DNA of 63,455 nucleotides, counting the filler, from an uncultured Ignavibacteriales bacterium (lineage in GTDB: Bacteria; Zixibacteria; MSB-5A5; GN15; JAAZOE01), in the NCBI GenBank assembly GCA_964611355.1. It is 21 parts of 21 records of this genome, joined end to end, with 100 filler letters (N's around TTAATTAATTAA, not from the genome) between each part and the next. Parts side by side here need not be neighbours in the genome. Positions count along the whole stretch, not along the records: positions 37,152 to 40,053 come from CAZSYD010000099.1; positions 40,154 to 42,781 come from CAZSYD010000100.1; positions 42,882 to 45,228 come from CAZSYD010000101.1; positions 45,329 to 47,656 come from CAZSYD010000102.1; positions 47,757 to 49,984 come from CAZSYD010000103.1; 16 more parts are not named here. One strand, written 5' to 3'. Shown one piece after another: positions 38,723 to 48,467 of this stretch. Within the stretch, counting starts at the first letter, position 1, and every line of letters starts with the position of its first letter. The notes under the pieces are model-generated. The model had not been told where the DNA came from. It saw nothing but the letters and a program-made list of their open reading frames with translations, and ran no database searches. The translations under genes were made by a program, and so were the position numbers.

Positions 38723-38945
38723 GACGTATGGCTCACTGCTTCCATCAATGGAATGTATAATTGAAAATTCTCCGTAAGCCTATTTGTGAATGAGCCAGTG
38801 CCCGGGCTCCCATGCGGACACCTGCATTTATCAAATATACACGTTATCTTCGTGTCCGTCAAAACGGGGCAGGAGCGTGCTTGACAAATCCGCATAAATG
38901 GCTTTATTAAGTTATAAACCATCCCTCTGCTGATCGGGAGGAACT

Positions 38946-40022
38946 ATGATTCGCAAAATACTATTAACATTAGTGATTTTTCCCCTGCTGACTCTGTGTA
39001 CCGGCTGCGGTTCGGACAATGGCGGTAATGGAAACGGCCCCGAACCCACCCTGCCTCCCCGGCTGGTGGCCGAGCTTCACCAGGATCCGGGTTTCGGTTC
39101 CGTCGATTCCCAGGTCTGGGATTCTCTGGTCGCCGAATCGATACAGGTCGGTACGGATAGCAATTACAACGCCAACGTGCTTTATACCACCAGTCTGATG
39201 TCCGAGATGAAAGCCCTGGTAACCGATAGTCTTCTCTATATCTGGACCCGGTGGAACGACAATGACGAAGACAACCGCTTCGGGGAATTGCGTGCTGCCT
39301 GGGCCAACAACACCGTTCAGTGGGCGATCAATGTCCCGGACGATACTATCGCCAAAAACGAAGATCGTTTTTATATCATCTTCGACAACGGCGGCACCAA
39401 CGGCGCCGATTGTTCCAAATTGTGCCATAGCAGTCCCTCAAGCGCAGGGCATTACTTCTATGGAAGCGGCGGTGACAACGCCGACGTCTGGCAGTGGATG
39501 GCGCATCGTACCGGCCTGAGTAATCTGGCCGAGGATATGCACATCTCTGATACGATGGCGGCGCCCGATCCTCATGACAGCCCCTTCGACAAACTCTATT
39601 TCCGAAACTGGCACTCCCTGAGTCACCGTCCATACTACATGCATCATGACACGACCGCTTATACCGGCGCCGGTCTCCTGCAAAGCGAAACTCCGGCGGG
39701 TACGTTCAGAGCATTCGAGAATTACCTGGACTGGCTTGTTTTTCCTCTTGACGGTTCGCCCCCTGTCGGCAAAACCGTACCGGGATATTACATCTATGAC
39801 TCGACCGGTACTGACGGATCACGCTGGGACGTTGGAGCTATCTCCGAACATAACGGCACCCACTGGACGGTTGTTTTCCGGCGCAAGCTGACCACGACCG
39901 ATGCCGATGATATCGATTTCAACTCATACCTGCATGATTCGTTACTGATATCAATCGGCATCACCGACAATTCGGGAATTAAGCATCACGGCGTCGAACC
40001 GTTCTATCTGGTTTTCCCGTAG
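38946..40022 (+). CDS. Ethylbenzene-dehydrogenase-gamma-like (DOMON heme-binding) lipoprotein, paralog 1
   Basis: Lipobox CTGC; LYIWTRWND, EDRFYIIF, CSKLCH, DVWQW.A.RT, WTVVFRRKLTT...DIDF, terminal DN...H. Confidence 0.7.
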   Translation: MIRKILLTLVIFPLLTLCTGCGSDNGGNGNGPEPTLPPRLVAELHQDPGFGSVDSQVWDSLVAESIQVGTDSNYNANVLYTTSLMSEMKALVTDSLLYIWTRWNDNDEDNRFGELRAAWANNTVQWAINVPDDTIAKNEDRFYIIFDNGGTNGADCSKLCHSSPSSAGHYFYGSGGDNADVWQWMAHRTGLSNLAEDMHISDTMAAPDPHDSPFDKLYFRNWHSLSHRPYYMHHDTTAYTGAGLLQSETPAGTFRAFENYLDWLVFPLDGSPPVGKTVPGYYIYDSTGTDGSRWDVGAISEHNGTHWTVVFRRKLTTTDADDIDFNSYLHDSLLISIGITDNSGIKHHGVEPFYLVFP

Positions 40023-40154
40023 GGGATTATGGCAATTTTGGTCTCGCCGCAAGNNNNNNNNNNNNNNNNNNNNNNNNNNNNNNNNNNNNNNNNNNNNTTA
40101 ATTAATTAANNNNNNNNNNNNNNNNNNNNNNNNNNNNNNNNNNNNNNNNNNNNC

Positions 40155-40256
40155 ACCGGCGCCGAGCAGTCAGCTTCCGCCGCCGAAGAACTTAATCGCC
40201 AGGCGGAAAGCCTGAAGCAGATGGTCGGCCAGTTCAAGATAAAAGAAAACGCGTAA
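40155..40256 (+). CDS. C-terminus of a methyl-accepting chemotaxis protein
   Basis: TGAEQSASAAEELNRQAESLKQMVGQFKIKENA*. Confidence 0.8.
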   Translation, partial: TGAEQSASAAEELNRQAESLKQMVGQFKIKENA

Positions 40257-40440
40257 TTGAACCCCTTATACGGGTTGGCAATCTCTATTGAAGTGAAGCG
40301 GGGGGTACTGGGCTCCCCGCTTCTGCGTAAAAGGGAATGAAGGAAATGGACAATGAGCCGATAAATGGAGCGAAAGAAGGCGTCCCGGCCTCATTACGAT
40401 TCGACCGGGACACCGCAGAAAAGCAAGTAAAGGCGCAAGG

Positions 40441-41178
40441 ATGTCATACAATCTCAGAAACATACATTTACGTCCTTTTTGGGTGATGGGAGCCTTGCTG
40501 CTTGCTTGTGTCGGGCTGGAATACTATTGCCATATGACCTGCGGGATAACCAATGTTTACGCTCATCTTTTCTATATTCCCATTATTACAGCCGCATTGT
40601 GGTGGGGTTTGAGAGGCGCTCTCTCCATAAGTCTGTTTTTGGGCATAATGCACGCGTACTCCTATCTTCCCGGCGGTGACGAAGCCAGTTTATGGAGGGC
40701 CCTGATATTTGTCTTCATAGGCTGTGTAATGGGAATTATATGCGAAAGGCGCAAGCGGGTCGAGGCTGCGCTTCGGGAATCGGAAAGGAAGTTTCAGGAC
40801 ATTGTCCTGAGTTCCGCCGATTGGATCTGGGAGGTTGATAAGAACGGCAGGTATACCTTCGTATCCGGCAGAGTAAAAGAAATACTGGGTTATGAGCCTG
40901 ACGATTTGCTGGGAAAAACTCCTTTCGAACTTATGCCGGATGAGGAAGCGAAACGGATTTCAGGGGTTTTTGGCAAAATCGCCCTGGATAAGAAGCCGAT
41001 TATCGATCTGGAAAACTGGAACCTGACGAAACAGGGCGACAGAGTTTGTCTTCTCACCAGTGCCGTGCCCGTATTCGACAGTAGTGGTGAGCTCACAGGT
41101 TACCGCGGTGTGGACAAAGATATCACCGAGCACAAGCAGGCCGAAGAGAGACGTTTGGTATACTCCCCTGAGTCGTAG
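40441..41178 (+). CDS. Membrane sensor plus PAS/PAC domain without an output domain
   Basis: KdpD-TM-like HLFYIPII helices; SADWIWEVD...ILGYEP..LLGK...GYRGVDKDITEHK. Confidence 0.75.
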   Translation: MSYNLRNIHLRPFWVMGALLLACVGLEYYCHMTCGITNVYAHLFYIPIITAALWWGLRGALSISLFLGIMHAYSYLPGGDEASLWRALIFVFIGCVMGIICERRKRVEAALRESERKFQDIVLSSADWIWEVDKNGRYTFVSGRVKEILGYEPDDLLGKTPFELMPDEEAKRISGVFGKIALDKKPIIDLENWNLTKQGDRVCLLTSAVPVFDSSGELTGYRGVDKDITEHKQAEERRLVYSPES

Positions 41179-41255
41179 AACAAGGAGCGGCGGCGCCAAG
41201 ACCTGCTGAAACTCGAAGAAGCATCTTGTAAAATAGCCCCTCATTATATATTCCG

Positions 41256-42781
41256 TTAATCTTTCTTTTTACGCGGCTCACGAGGCTCGACGATGACGGT
41301 TTTTTCTCTTTCGATAGTAACCAGCCCGGCTTTGGCCCGGCGCGGCTTGCGGACATATTTCTTCAGTGTATAGCTGATGGGAATCCTGGCTGAGCCGCGA
41401 GCTTTGCTAAAATGGGCGGCTACAGCCGCAACCTCCTCGATTTCCCTCATCGAAGGCTTGAAATTTCTATGCGGGAATTTCATAACCACATGCGAGCCGG
41501 GGCATTGCGAGGCATGAAACCAAAGCTCGTACGGTTTGGCGTATTCGAAGGTTGTACGATCGTTGTTATCGCCGCTTTTACCGACGTAGACGGATAAACC
41601 GGTTGAAGTTTCATATTCCCTATACGGCAGGGACGTAGAGGGGATCAACCTGGCCGAAGCAGTCGATCGCGCCGGGGGGAGATACTCCGGATAACTATCA
41701 CGCGCCCGTTCGAAATCGCTCTCAAAAGCCTGCCGAGCTTCTTTTATATTCTCGAATTCAAGAGATATATTTCCCCTGCGGCGTTTCAGAACCGGCAGGC
41801 CCTCCTTACCCTTTCGGTAACGTCGAGCGAACGATTCGATATTTTCCTGCCCGGTCATCTTTGGATCAAGAGGTATCTCCACCGATTGGCCGTCATGATA
41901 GAGATCTTCGACAGTAACAGCGACCATTCCTCTTTTCAGCCTGGCCATGTTGATCTTGAGCAGATCGGCCAGTTGCAGGAAACGTTTATATCCGGACGCC
42001 TCTTCAATATCACCGTCAAGGCGCTTCAACAGACGTTCGGTCTTTTTAATCCTGTTTTCAAGCGATCTGATTGTCTTTTCTCGAAAATCCTCAGCCCCGG
42101 CTTCGATTTTCATTTTGGCTATCATTTCCCGCTGCGCCTGAGACATGGTACTGGATTTACTCAGCGGCTCGTGATCGGAAAATCTGACGGGGTAATAAGC
42201 GATGTTTCCTTTGATCCGGTAAATATAGACCGGGCAATCTGATGTTTGATAAGCCCGGATGGTGTCCGTCAGACGTTTATGAATTCTCGGCAGATTATTC
42301 AATGCTTCCGAGGCTTTCCGAGCGTCATCAAGAATAAATCCAGCCAGATAATAATCGATGCCATAGATACTTTTCCCCAGCAAACGGGCGGGATTGACGC
42401 CGGGCTTTTCTTCCAACAGATGCCTTAGATCTTCAACCGTTGTTTTCGCCGGGTCGAGCTTCTCCGGCAACGGGGGAGGCTTATAGGCCCGGCCGGCAGC
42501 GTATTTTTTATCGCGAACTGAGGTAATCAGTTGTTTATCAGAATCCAGCAGCCGGATATTTCCATTCGGTCCGAGGATTTCCAGAATCATAAAATAACAT
42601 GCACCACCCGCTTTTACCTCAAGCTCCATAATTCGATCGTTTGCCTTCTGCTGCAGCGATTCAATTGTCCCGGACCATATTTGACGGGCGAAAGGCCGGG
42701 GCTTTTCACGCGTATCGAGGCGGCAGCGTCCGGCGGGAAGAATGAAAAACCCGTTCCATCGAGGATGAAAAGATATAATCA
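41256..42781 (-). CDS. rqcH: Rqc2/RqcH (NFACT, FbpA-like) protein, main part (N-terminus at 47757..47974)
   Basis: NDRIMEL, EILGPNGNI, IPLDP, VGKSGDNND, LWFHASQCPGSHVV, YVRKPR..KAGLV. Confidence 0.85.
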
Positions 42782-42883
42782 NNNNNNNNNNNNNNNNNNN
42801 NNNNNNNNNNNNNNNNNNNNNNNNNTTAATTAATTAANNNNNNNNNNNNNNNNNNNNNNNNNNNNNNNNNNNNNNNNNNNNCC

Positions 42884-43021
42884 AACAAGGATTGCTCCGT
42901 CAACCTCGGCGACGCGGTTTATATCAACAACATTGTGTTCCATAGCGGGCCGATGCCGCCGACTTGTGAAGAGTGGATTGCGGATCCGCCTGCCGGATGC
43001 GGACCTCCGCTGCGCAAGTAG
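42884..43021 (+). CDS. C-terminus of a dockerin-type domain protein (not in the ORF track)
   Basis: NKDCSVNLGDAVYINNIVFHSGPMPP...; followed by a terminator. Confidence 0.7.
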   Translation, partial: NKDCSVNLGDAVYINNIVFHSGPMPPTCEEWIADPPAGCGPPLRK

Positions 43022-43043
43022 AAATTCCGAAACTGAGTATTTC

Positions 43044-43081
43044 AAGCCCCCGATTTTATCCAAAAATCGGGGGCTTTTTTT
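43044..43081 (+). terminator. Intrinsic terminator
   Basis: AAGCCCCCGATTTT...AAAATCGGGGGCTTTTTTT. Confidence 0.85.
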
Positions 43082-43182
43082 ATGCCCTACGGCTGATAAA
43101 AATTACTTGTCAAAAAATTTTAAATCCTTATATATTCCGCCGGTAACTTAAGCAGATATTTTTTACAGGAGGAAACAGAGTT

Positions 43183-43371
43183 ATGGCTATGAGAATAACC
43201 GATGAATGCACCGCCTGCGGTCTGTGCCTGCCCGAGTGTCCGACCTCCTCGATAGAAGAAGGCGACATTTTTGTAATCAATCCGGAGACGTGCAATGAAT
43301 GCGAAGATCAGGATGAAGGTCCGCACTGTGTTGCCGTTTGTCCGGTCGAGTGCATAGAAAAAGCTGAATAG
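43183..43371 (+). CDS. 2x[4Fe-4S] ferredoxin (YfhL-like)
   Basis: CTACGLCLPECP and CNEC...CVAVCP; AGGAGG RBS; upstream TTGTCA...TATATT (43107-43136). Confidence 0.92.
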   Translation: MAMRITDECTACGLCLPECPTSSIEEGDIFVINPETCNECEDQDEGPHCVAVCPVECIEKAE

Positions 43372-43380
43372 GGAATACCC

Positions 43381-43410
43381 AGCCGCCTGCTTTTAGCAGG
43401 CGGTTTTTTT
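43381..43410 (+). terminator. Intrinsic terminator abutting the archease start codon
   Basis: AGCCGCCTGCT-TTT-AGCAGGCGGTTTTTTT, then ATG at 43411. Confidence 0.75.
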
Positions 43411-43842
43411 ATGCGAAAATTCGAGGTAAGCGACAGGTTTACCACCGCCGATATAGGTCTGAATATTGAAGGCGACAGTCTTGACGAGCTTTTTGTGGCC
43501 GGGGCCGAGGGGATGTTTACGGTCATTATGGGCGGGCGGATGGCTCAAAAGGCGTCCGTCACACTGGATGTCAACCTGCAAAGCGGTAACCTGGAACAGC
43601 TTCTGGTTGATTGGTTATCCGAGCTTTTGTACCGCTTCGACACTGACGGCCTGATCCCGGTTGGTTACCGGTTGAAGGTTATTGAGGGCGAAACCTGTGA
43701 CGTACGCGGCGCTGTAGATTTCCGAGATTATGATCGCCAAACAGATACGGGAGAGCATGAAATCAAGGCCGTAACGTATTACAAATTGAAAATCGAAAGA
43801 AAAGGCGGCGTTTATCGCAGTCATGTGGTATTTGATATATGA
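43411..43842 (+). CDS. Archease
   Basis: TADIGL..EG.SLDELF, LLVDWLSELLY, EIKAVTYY, terminal VVFDI. Confidence 0.88.
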   Translation: MRKFEVSDRFTTADIGLNIEGDSLDELFVAGAEGMFTVIMGGRMAQKASVTLDVNLQSGNLEQLLVDWLSELLYRFDTDGLIPVGYRLKVIEGETCDVRGAVDFRDYDRQTDTGEHEIKAVTYYKLKIERKGGVYRSHVVFDI

Positions 43843-45228
43843 TGCGGATGAATAAAATTGCCGAAGGAATCTGGGAACTACCGGTTGGCACAAAGCCGGG
43901 GATGGTCGTACCGGCCCGGATACTGTCGTCGGAAAAACTGATCGGCGGTATTGACGAGGGGGTTATCGATCAAATTACTAACGTCGCCTGCCTGCCGGGC
44001 ATCCAAAGATATGCTATATGCATGCCGGACGCTCATCGCGGTTACGGTTTTCCCATAGGCGGGGTGGCCGCGTTTGACGCCGATGAGGGAGTCATTTCGC
44101 CGGGCGGTATTGGTTTTGATATCAACTGCGGGATGCGTATAATCGGCACCAGCCTGACCGTTGACGACATCAAGCCAAAGTTGGAAACGTTGATAAACGA
44201 CTTGTTCGGGAGAATACCATCGGGGGTCGGTTCAAAGGGAGCCTTATCGCTGAGTAAAAATGAATTCAAGGAAGTAATGGTCGACGGTTCGCAGTGGTGC
44301 AAGGAAAGGGGACTTGCGACTGGAAGCGATATAGAAAACACCGAATCGAGAGGCAAAATTCCGGGAGCCGATCCGGCAGTTATATCGGAAAAGGCGATCA
44401 GCCGGGGAGTGAATCAGGTTGGCACTCTCGGATCCGGTAATCATTACCTGGAGATCGAATACCTTGGAGAAGGCAATCTCTTTGCTCCGGAGATAGGCAA
44501 AGTATTCGGCATCGACAGGACTGGGCAGATTTTTATTGCCGTTCATTGCGGGTCGCGCGGTTTTGGCCATCAGGTTGCCACCGATTACCTGAAGATCTTT
44601 AATCAGAACGCGACCGGGTACGGCCTGAAGATAAAAGATCGGGAATTGGCGGCGGCCCCGATTCATTCACCCGACGGGGAGGCATATTATGCGGCTATGG
44701 CCTGCGCTGCCAATACCGCCTTTGCCAATCGGCAGGTGATCACGCATCATATCCGCAAGGTATTTCAGCGTATTTTTGGCGTCGGCTGGGAGCAGTTGGG
44801 ACTCAAAACGATATACGACGTTGCCCATAATATAGCCCGTTTTGAAAACTATACGGTTGACGGCAAAACAAAACGGCTTTTGGTGCATCGTAAAGGGGCT
44901 ACCCGTTCGTTCGGCCCCGGAAACAGTGATATACCGGCCGCCTACCGTGAAGTCGGACAGCCGGTTATCGTTGGAGGATCAATGGAAACCGGGTCGGCTC
45001 TCCTTGTCGGAACCCGGAAGGCGGAAGATGAATATTTCGGCTCCACGCTCCACGGTTCCGGCAGGGTGATGTCACGCACCAAAGCCAAGAAAATGATAAG
45101 GGGAGACCGCCTGCGCGATGATATGGCTAAACGCGGTATCAGCGTCAAGACCGGTCATTTGCGCGGTCTGGCGGAGGAAGCCAGGTTTGCGTATAAAGAT
45201 ATTGACGACGTTTGTCAGGCCGTCAGCG
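43839..45228 (+). CDS. rtcB: RtcB RNA ligase, 3'-truncated by contig end
   Basis: MPDAHRGYGFPIGGV, GFDINCG, GTLGSGNHYLE, HCGSRG, DVAHN, HRKGAT, HGSGR, EEA..AYKD. Confidence 0.95.
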
Positions 45229-45328
45229 NNNNNNNNNNNNNNNNNNNNNNNNNNNNNNNNNNNNNNNNNNNNTTAATTAATTAANNNNNNNNNNNNNNNN
45301 NNNNNNNNNNNNNNNNNNNNNNNNNNNN

Positions 45329-45381
45329 CAACAGGATATTTCTACTTTGCTTAAATAGGACATTATCACTTTGCGGGAACA
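45329..45381 (+). mobile_element. IS1202-like (ISNCY) terminal sequence at contig start
   Basis: Doubled AGGA(T/C)ATT.....TTTGC motif ending in ACA. Confidence 0.5.
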
Positions 45382-45450
45382 GCCGTTTTTATCATGAACG
45401 GAAAGTCGTAAACCCTAAATTGTATTCCACTCGTTCCGTTCCGATGCTTT

Positions 45451-47262
45451 TTATCCCTTTAACTCTTCCGCCAGCCTGATAAACGGATCGATATCGGTCA
45501 AAACCCGGTCAACGGCATCGTTCCAGAACTTTTCTGTAGTTAAATCAATGCCAAGATGCTTTTGGGCAACATTCTCGGTCGTCATCGAACCCGTATCGGC
45601 CAGAAGAGCCTTATATCTTCCGGCAAAGGTCGATCCTTCATTTTTGGCCTGATGGTATATGCCGCCCGCGAAGAGGTATCCGAATGTATAAGGAAAATTG
45701 TAAAACGGCATTTCGGTTTCAAAGAAATGCAGCTTGGAGGCCCAGAAGAGAGGATGGTACCCGTCATCGGACAAAATATCGCCAAAGGCGGTCTTTTGGG
45801 CTTTGACCATCAGTTCATTGAGACGTTCTTTCGGGACGGCGCCATTTTTCCTTTCCTTGTAGAACCAGGTATCAAAAAGGAAACGGCAGCGGATATTGCA
45901 AAACATGATAAAGCCTTCCTGAATCTTGTTATTCAGCAAGGTTAATTTTTCTCGTTTGCCCTCGGTTTCGGCCAGGGCGGCGTCGGTGACCAGCAGTTCA
46001 TTGAAAGTTGACGCCGTTTCGGCCAGATTCATCGGGTACTGCCCGGCGAAATAATCAAGATCGCGCAGAACCCAGTTATGGTAACTATGCCCAAGTTCAT
46101 GAGCCAGCGTCATCATTTCATCGTAGTTGCCGGAGAAGGTCATAAAGATTCGGGTTTCTTTTTTAACGTCCAGCCCGGTGCAAAACCCGCCGGCCGCTTT
46201 GCCGCTTCGATCCTCCGCCTCGATCCAGCGGTTGTCGATCGCCATACGCGCGAAATCTCCAATATCCTTTGAAAACGAACTCAAATGCCTGACGACAAAA
46301 TCACACGCTTCATCATAGCTATAGGTTTTATTGACCTCTCCGACAGGCGCGATCTGATCATACCAGCGGAAGTTGTCTATCCCCAGGAGCTTTTTCTTTG
46401 CGTTAATATAATCGGCCATGCGTTTCGCGCCGCGAGCCACGGCGTTCCACATGGCGTCAACCGTTTCCTTCTTGAGCCGTCCCAGCAGCAGGGGCTCAAA
46501 AAGCGGCGATTCCCAGAGGCGGTTTTTGTAGATACTGAGTCGGTACCCGGCCTGAGAATTGAGCGCGATGGCCGCCATAGAATCGACCGACCTCCACGAA
46601 TCTTCCAGTTTTTCAGAAGCCTGGCGGCGAATACTTCGGTCGGGCGAGCCGAACTTGTTGGCCAGTTGTCCCATCGATAAAGTCTCGGTCTTCCCGTCTT
46701 CGACGAACTCGGCTTTCAGGTCTCCCGCTATTTTGGTATAAAGCCGGTTCCAGGCATGGTATCCGTTGACGGCCAGTTCCGTGGCCAGTTTTTCCAGTTT
46801 CGGCTCCATTTTCCTGCGGGCGTTTTGCCGCAGTTCATTCCAGAAGAAGCTAACTCCGGCCAGCTTTTCGTTTCCGACCAGGCTTTTCCACGCCTTATCA
46901 TCAATGGCGACGGCGAATTCCTCGATGCCGGTCATAATCGTCTGCCAGACAGCATCCAGCGATGTAATTTCATCTTCGATAACCATTGCCTTTTCGTCGG
47001 TGACGTCCTGCGCCGTCAGGCAGCCGGCAAACCCGGAGGCGTGATCGATCCGTTTCATGATTTCCTGCATCAGAAGGAAAAAATCGACCCATTCCGATTG
47101 AGTTTTATCGTCCAACGTCCGCGGCAAGTCGGAGAGCGTTTTCCCCGCTTCCTCAAGGTCGGCGACGATAGCTTTTCTGAAATCCTCGAATTCCACTGAG
47201 GCCGAACCGCCGGGGAAGATCGATTCCAAATCCCATTTCATTTTGTTGTTATCTCCACTCAT
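45451..47262 (-). CDS. pepF: M3-family oligoendopeptidase F
   Basis: WDLESIF, GKAAGGFC, TLAHELGHSYH (HEXXH), LAETAS, FYNFPYTFG; GAGGAG RBS. Confidence 0.9.
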   Translation of the reverse strand: MSGDNNKMKWDLESIFPGGSASVEFEDFRKAIVADLEEAGKTLSDLPRTLDDKTQSEWVDFFLLMQEIMKRIDHASGFAGCLTAQDVTDEKAMVIEDEITSLDAVWQTIMTGIEEFAVAIDDKAWKSLVGNEKLAGVSFFWNELRQNARRKMEPKLEKLATELAVNGYHAWNRLYTKIAGDLKAEFVEDGKTETLSMGQLANKFGSPDRSIRRQASEKLEDSWRSVDSMAAIALNSQAGYRLSIYKNRLWESPLFEPLLLGRLKKETVDAMWNAVARGAKRMADYINAKKKLLGIDNFRWYDQIAPVGEVNKTYSYDEACDFVVRHLSSFSKDIGDFARMAIDNRWIEAEDRSGKAAGGFCTGLDVKKETRIFMTFSGNYDEMMTLAHELGHSYHNWVLRDLDYFAGQYPMNLAETASTFNELLVTDAALAETEGKREKLTLLNNKIQEGFIMFCNIRCRFLFDTWFYKERKNGAVPKERLNELMVKAQKTAFGDILSDDGYHPLFWASKLHFFETEMPFYNFPYTFGYLFAGGIYHQAKNEGSTFAGRYKALLADTGSMTTENVAQKHLGIDLTTEKFWNDAVDRVLTDIDPFIRLAEELKG

Positions 47263-47502
47263 ATTATTTCTCCTCATGATACGAAATAAATACAATGACG
47301 GACAGTATATTAAAACCGTACGGCAGTCAAGCGTTGTACGGGAATTATTAACGGGTCAACTTCGTAACCGGCGGATGTCCGGAGGCCGTCTCACGTAAGA
47401 CGCTTTAATGGCCGGCAGGAAATAGTCCTCAGGCGATCCATCTCGAAGGCGATATTGTCGCATAGGCACGTATCATGTTGTTTGATAATCATTAAGGAAG
47501 AA

Positions 47503-47656
47503 ATGGGTTTGTTTCGTCATATTTTACTTTTCGTTGTATCGGTTTTGTAGTGATTCTCGTATGACGTTGAAACTGAAGGAGTTTGAGGAATCTACAGGCG
47601 CGGCGATTTGGGTTCGTTTTGTCATTATTTCGGGGGCCCCAAGTATCATTTCCTTT
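47503..47656 (-). repeat. Inverted copy of about 16290-16443 (two ATGAC(A/G)AAAC(G/A)AACCCA motifs)
   Basis: Alignment by eye with scattered substitutions; lies at the contig end. Confidence 0.9.
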
Positions 47657-47756
47657 NNNNNNNNNNNNNNNNNNNNNNNNNNNNNNNNNNNNNNNNNNNN
47701 TTAATTAATTAANNNNNNNNNNNNNNNNNNNNNNNNNNNNNNNNNNNNNNNNNNNN

Positions 47757-47974
47757 CGTCCGGCGGGAAGAATGAAAAACCCGTTCCATCGAGGATGAAA
47801 AGATATAATCAGACAATACCTCTTTTCTCCCTCTACGTTTATCCGGACGGTCCTTTCCTTTCGGAAGTATTCGACGCCGGTGATTTCGGCCTTCACCAAT
47901 TGCGTTGATGATTCAGTCAGAATCCTGGTTATGTTGAGCGATGACAGCATGACGCTAATATAAGTGTGTTGCAT
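47757..47974 (-). CDS. rqcH: N-terminus of RqcH (joins 42781 in frame; about 555-562 aa in total)
   Basis: 47757-47811 identical to 42727-42781. Confidence 0.85.
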
Positions 47975-48467
47975 TCAGAGGGGAATAAAATTGTAAATCT
48001 ACCGATCCGAGCCGATCGCTAAACTGGCATTTAGCAAAGCCCTTTTTGCTTAAATCTTGTTGCGGATCGAGCGGTTGCGATGTTTTCCAGCCTGACATTC
48101 CATTCATTTTTTGGAAGTCTATCGAGAGGTATCTTCGGAAAAATCAAAAGGCTTATAACCCGAAGGTGGGCGGTTCAAATCAGCAACAAATGACTTTATG
48201 AATTCTTGACATATACTGACTATATGTTTATGGTATGCATGATTTACAATGTTGCGAAAATTCGCGCCAAACGGTTCTTTGATGGAGAGGATCGTTATAT
48301 GGAATACGCTCCCAACCATTCAATGTCACAAGTATTAGCCAAATCACAAGTTATAGCAAATGCATTAAATAGAAATGGTCCGGCTCCGAAAGCAGATCTG
48401 GTGCAAAAGCTTGTCGGCGGTAACGATTTACCAACCCAACCCAGCGGGCTGCAAGGATCGTAATGAT

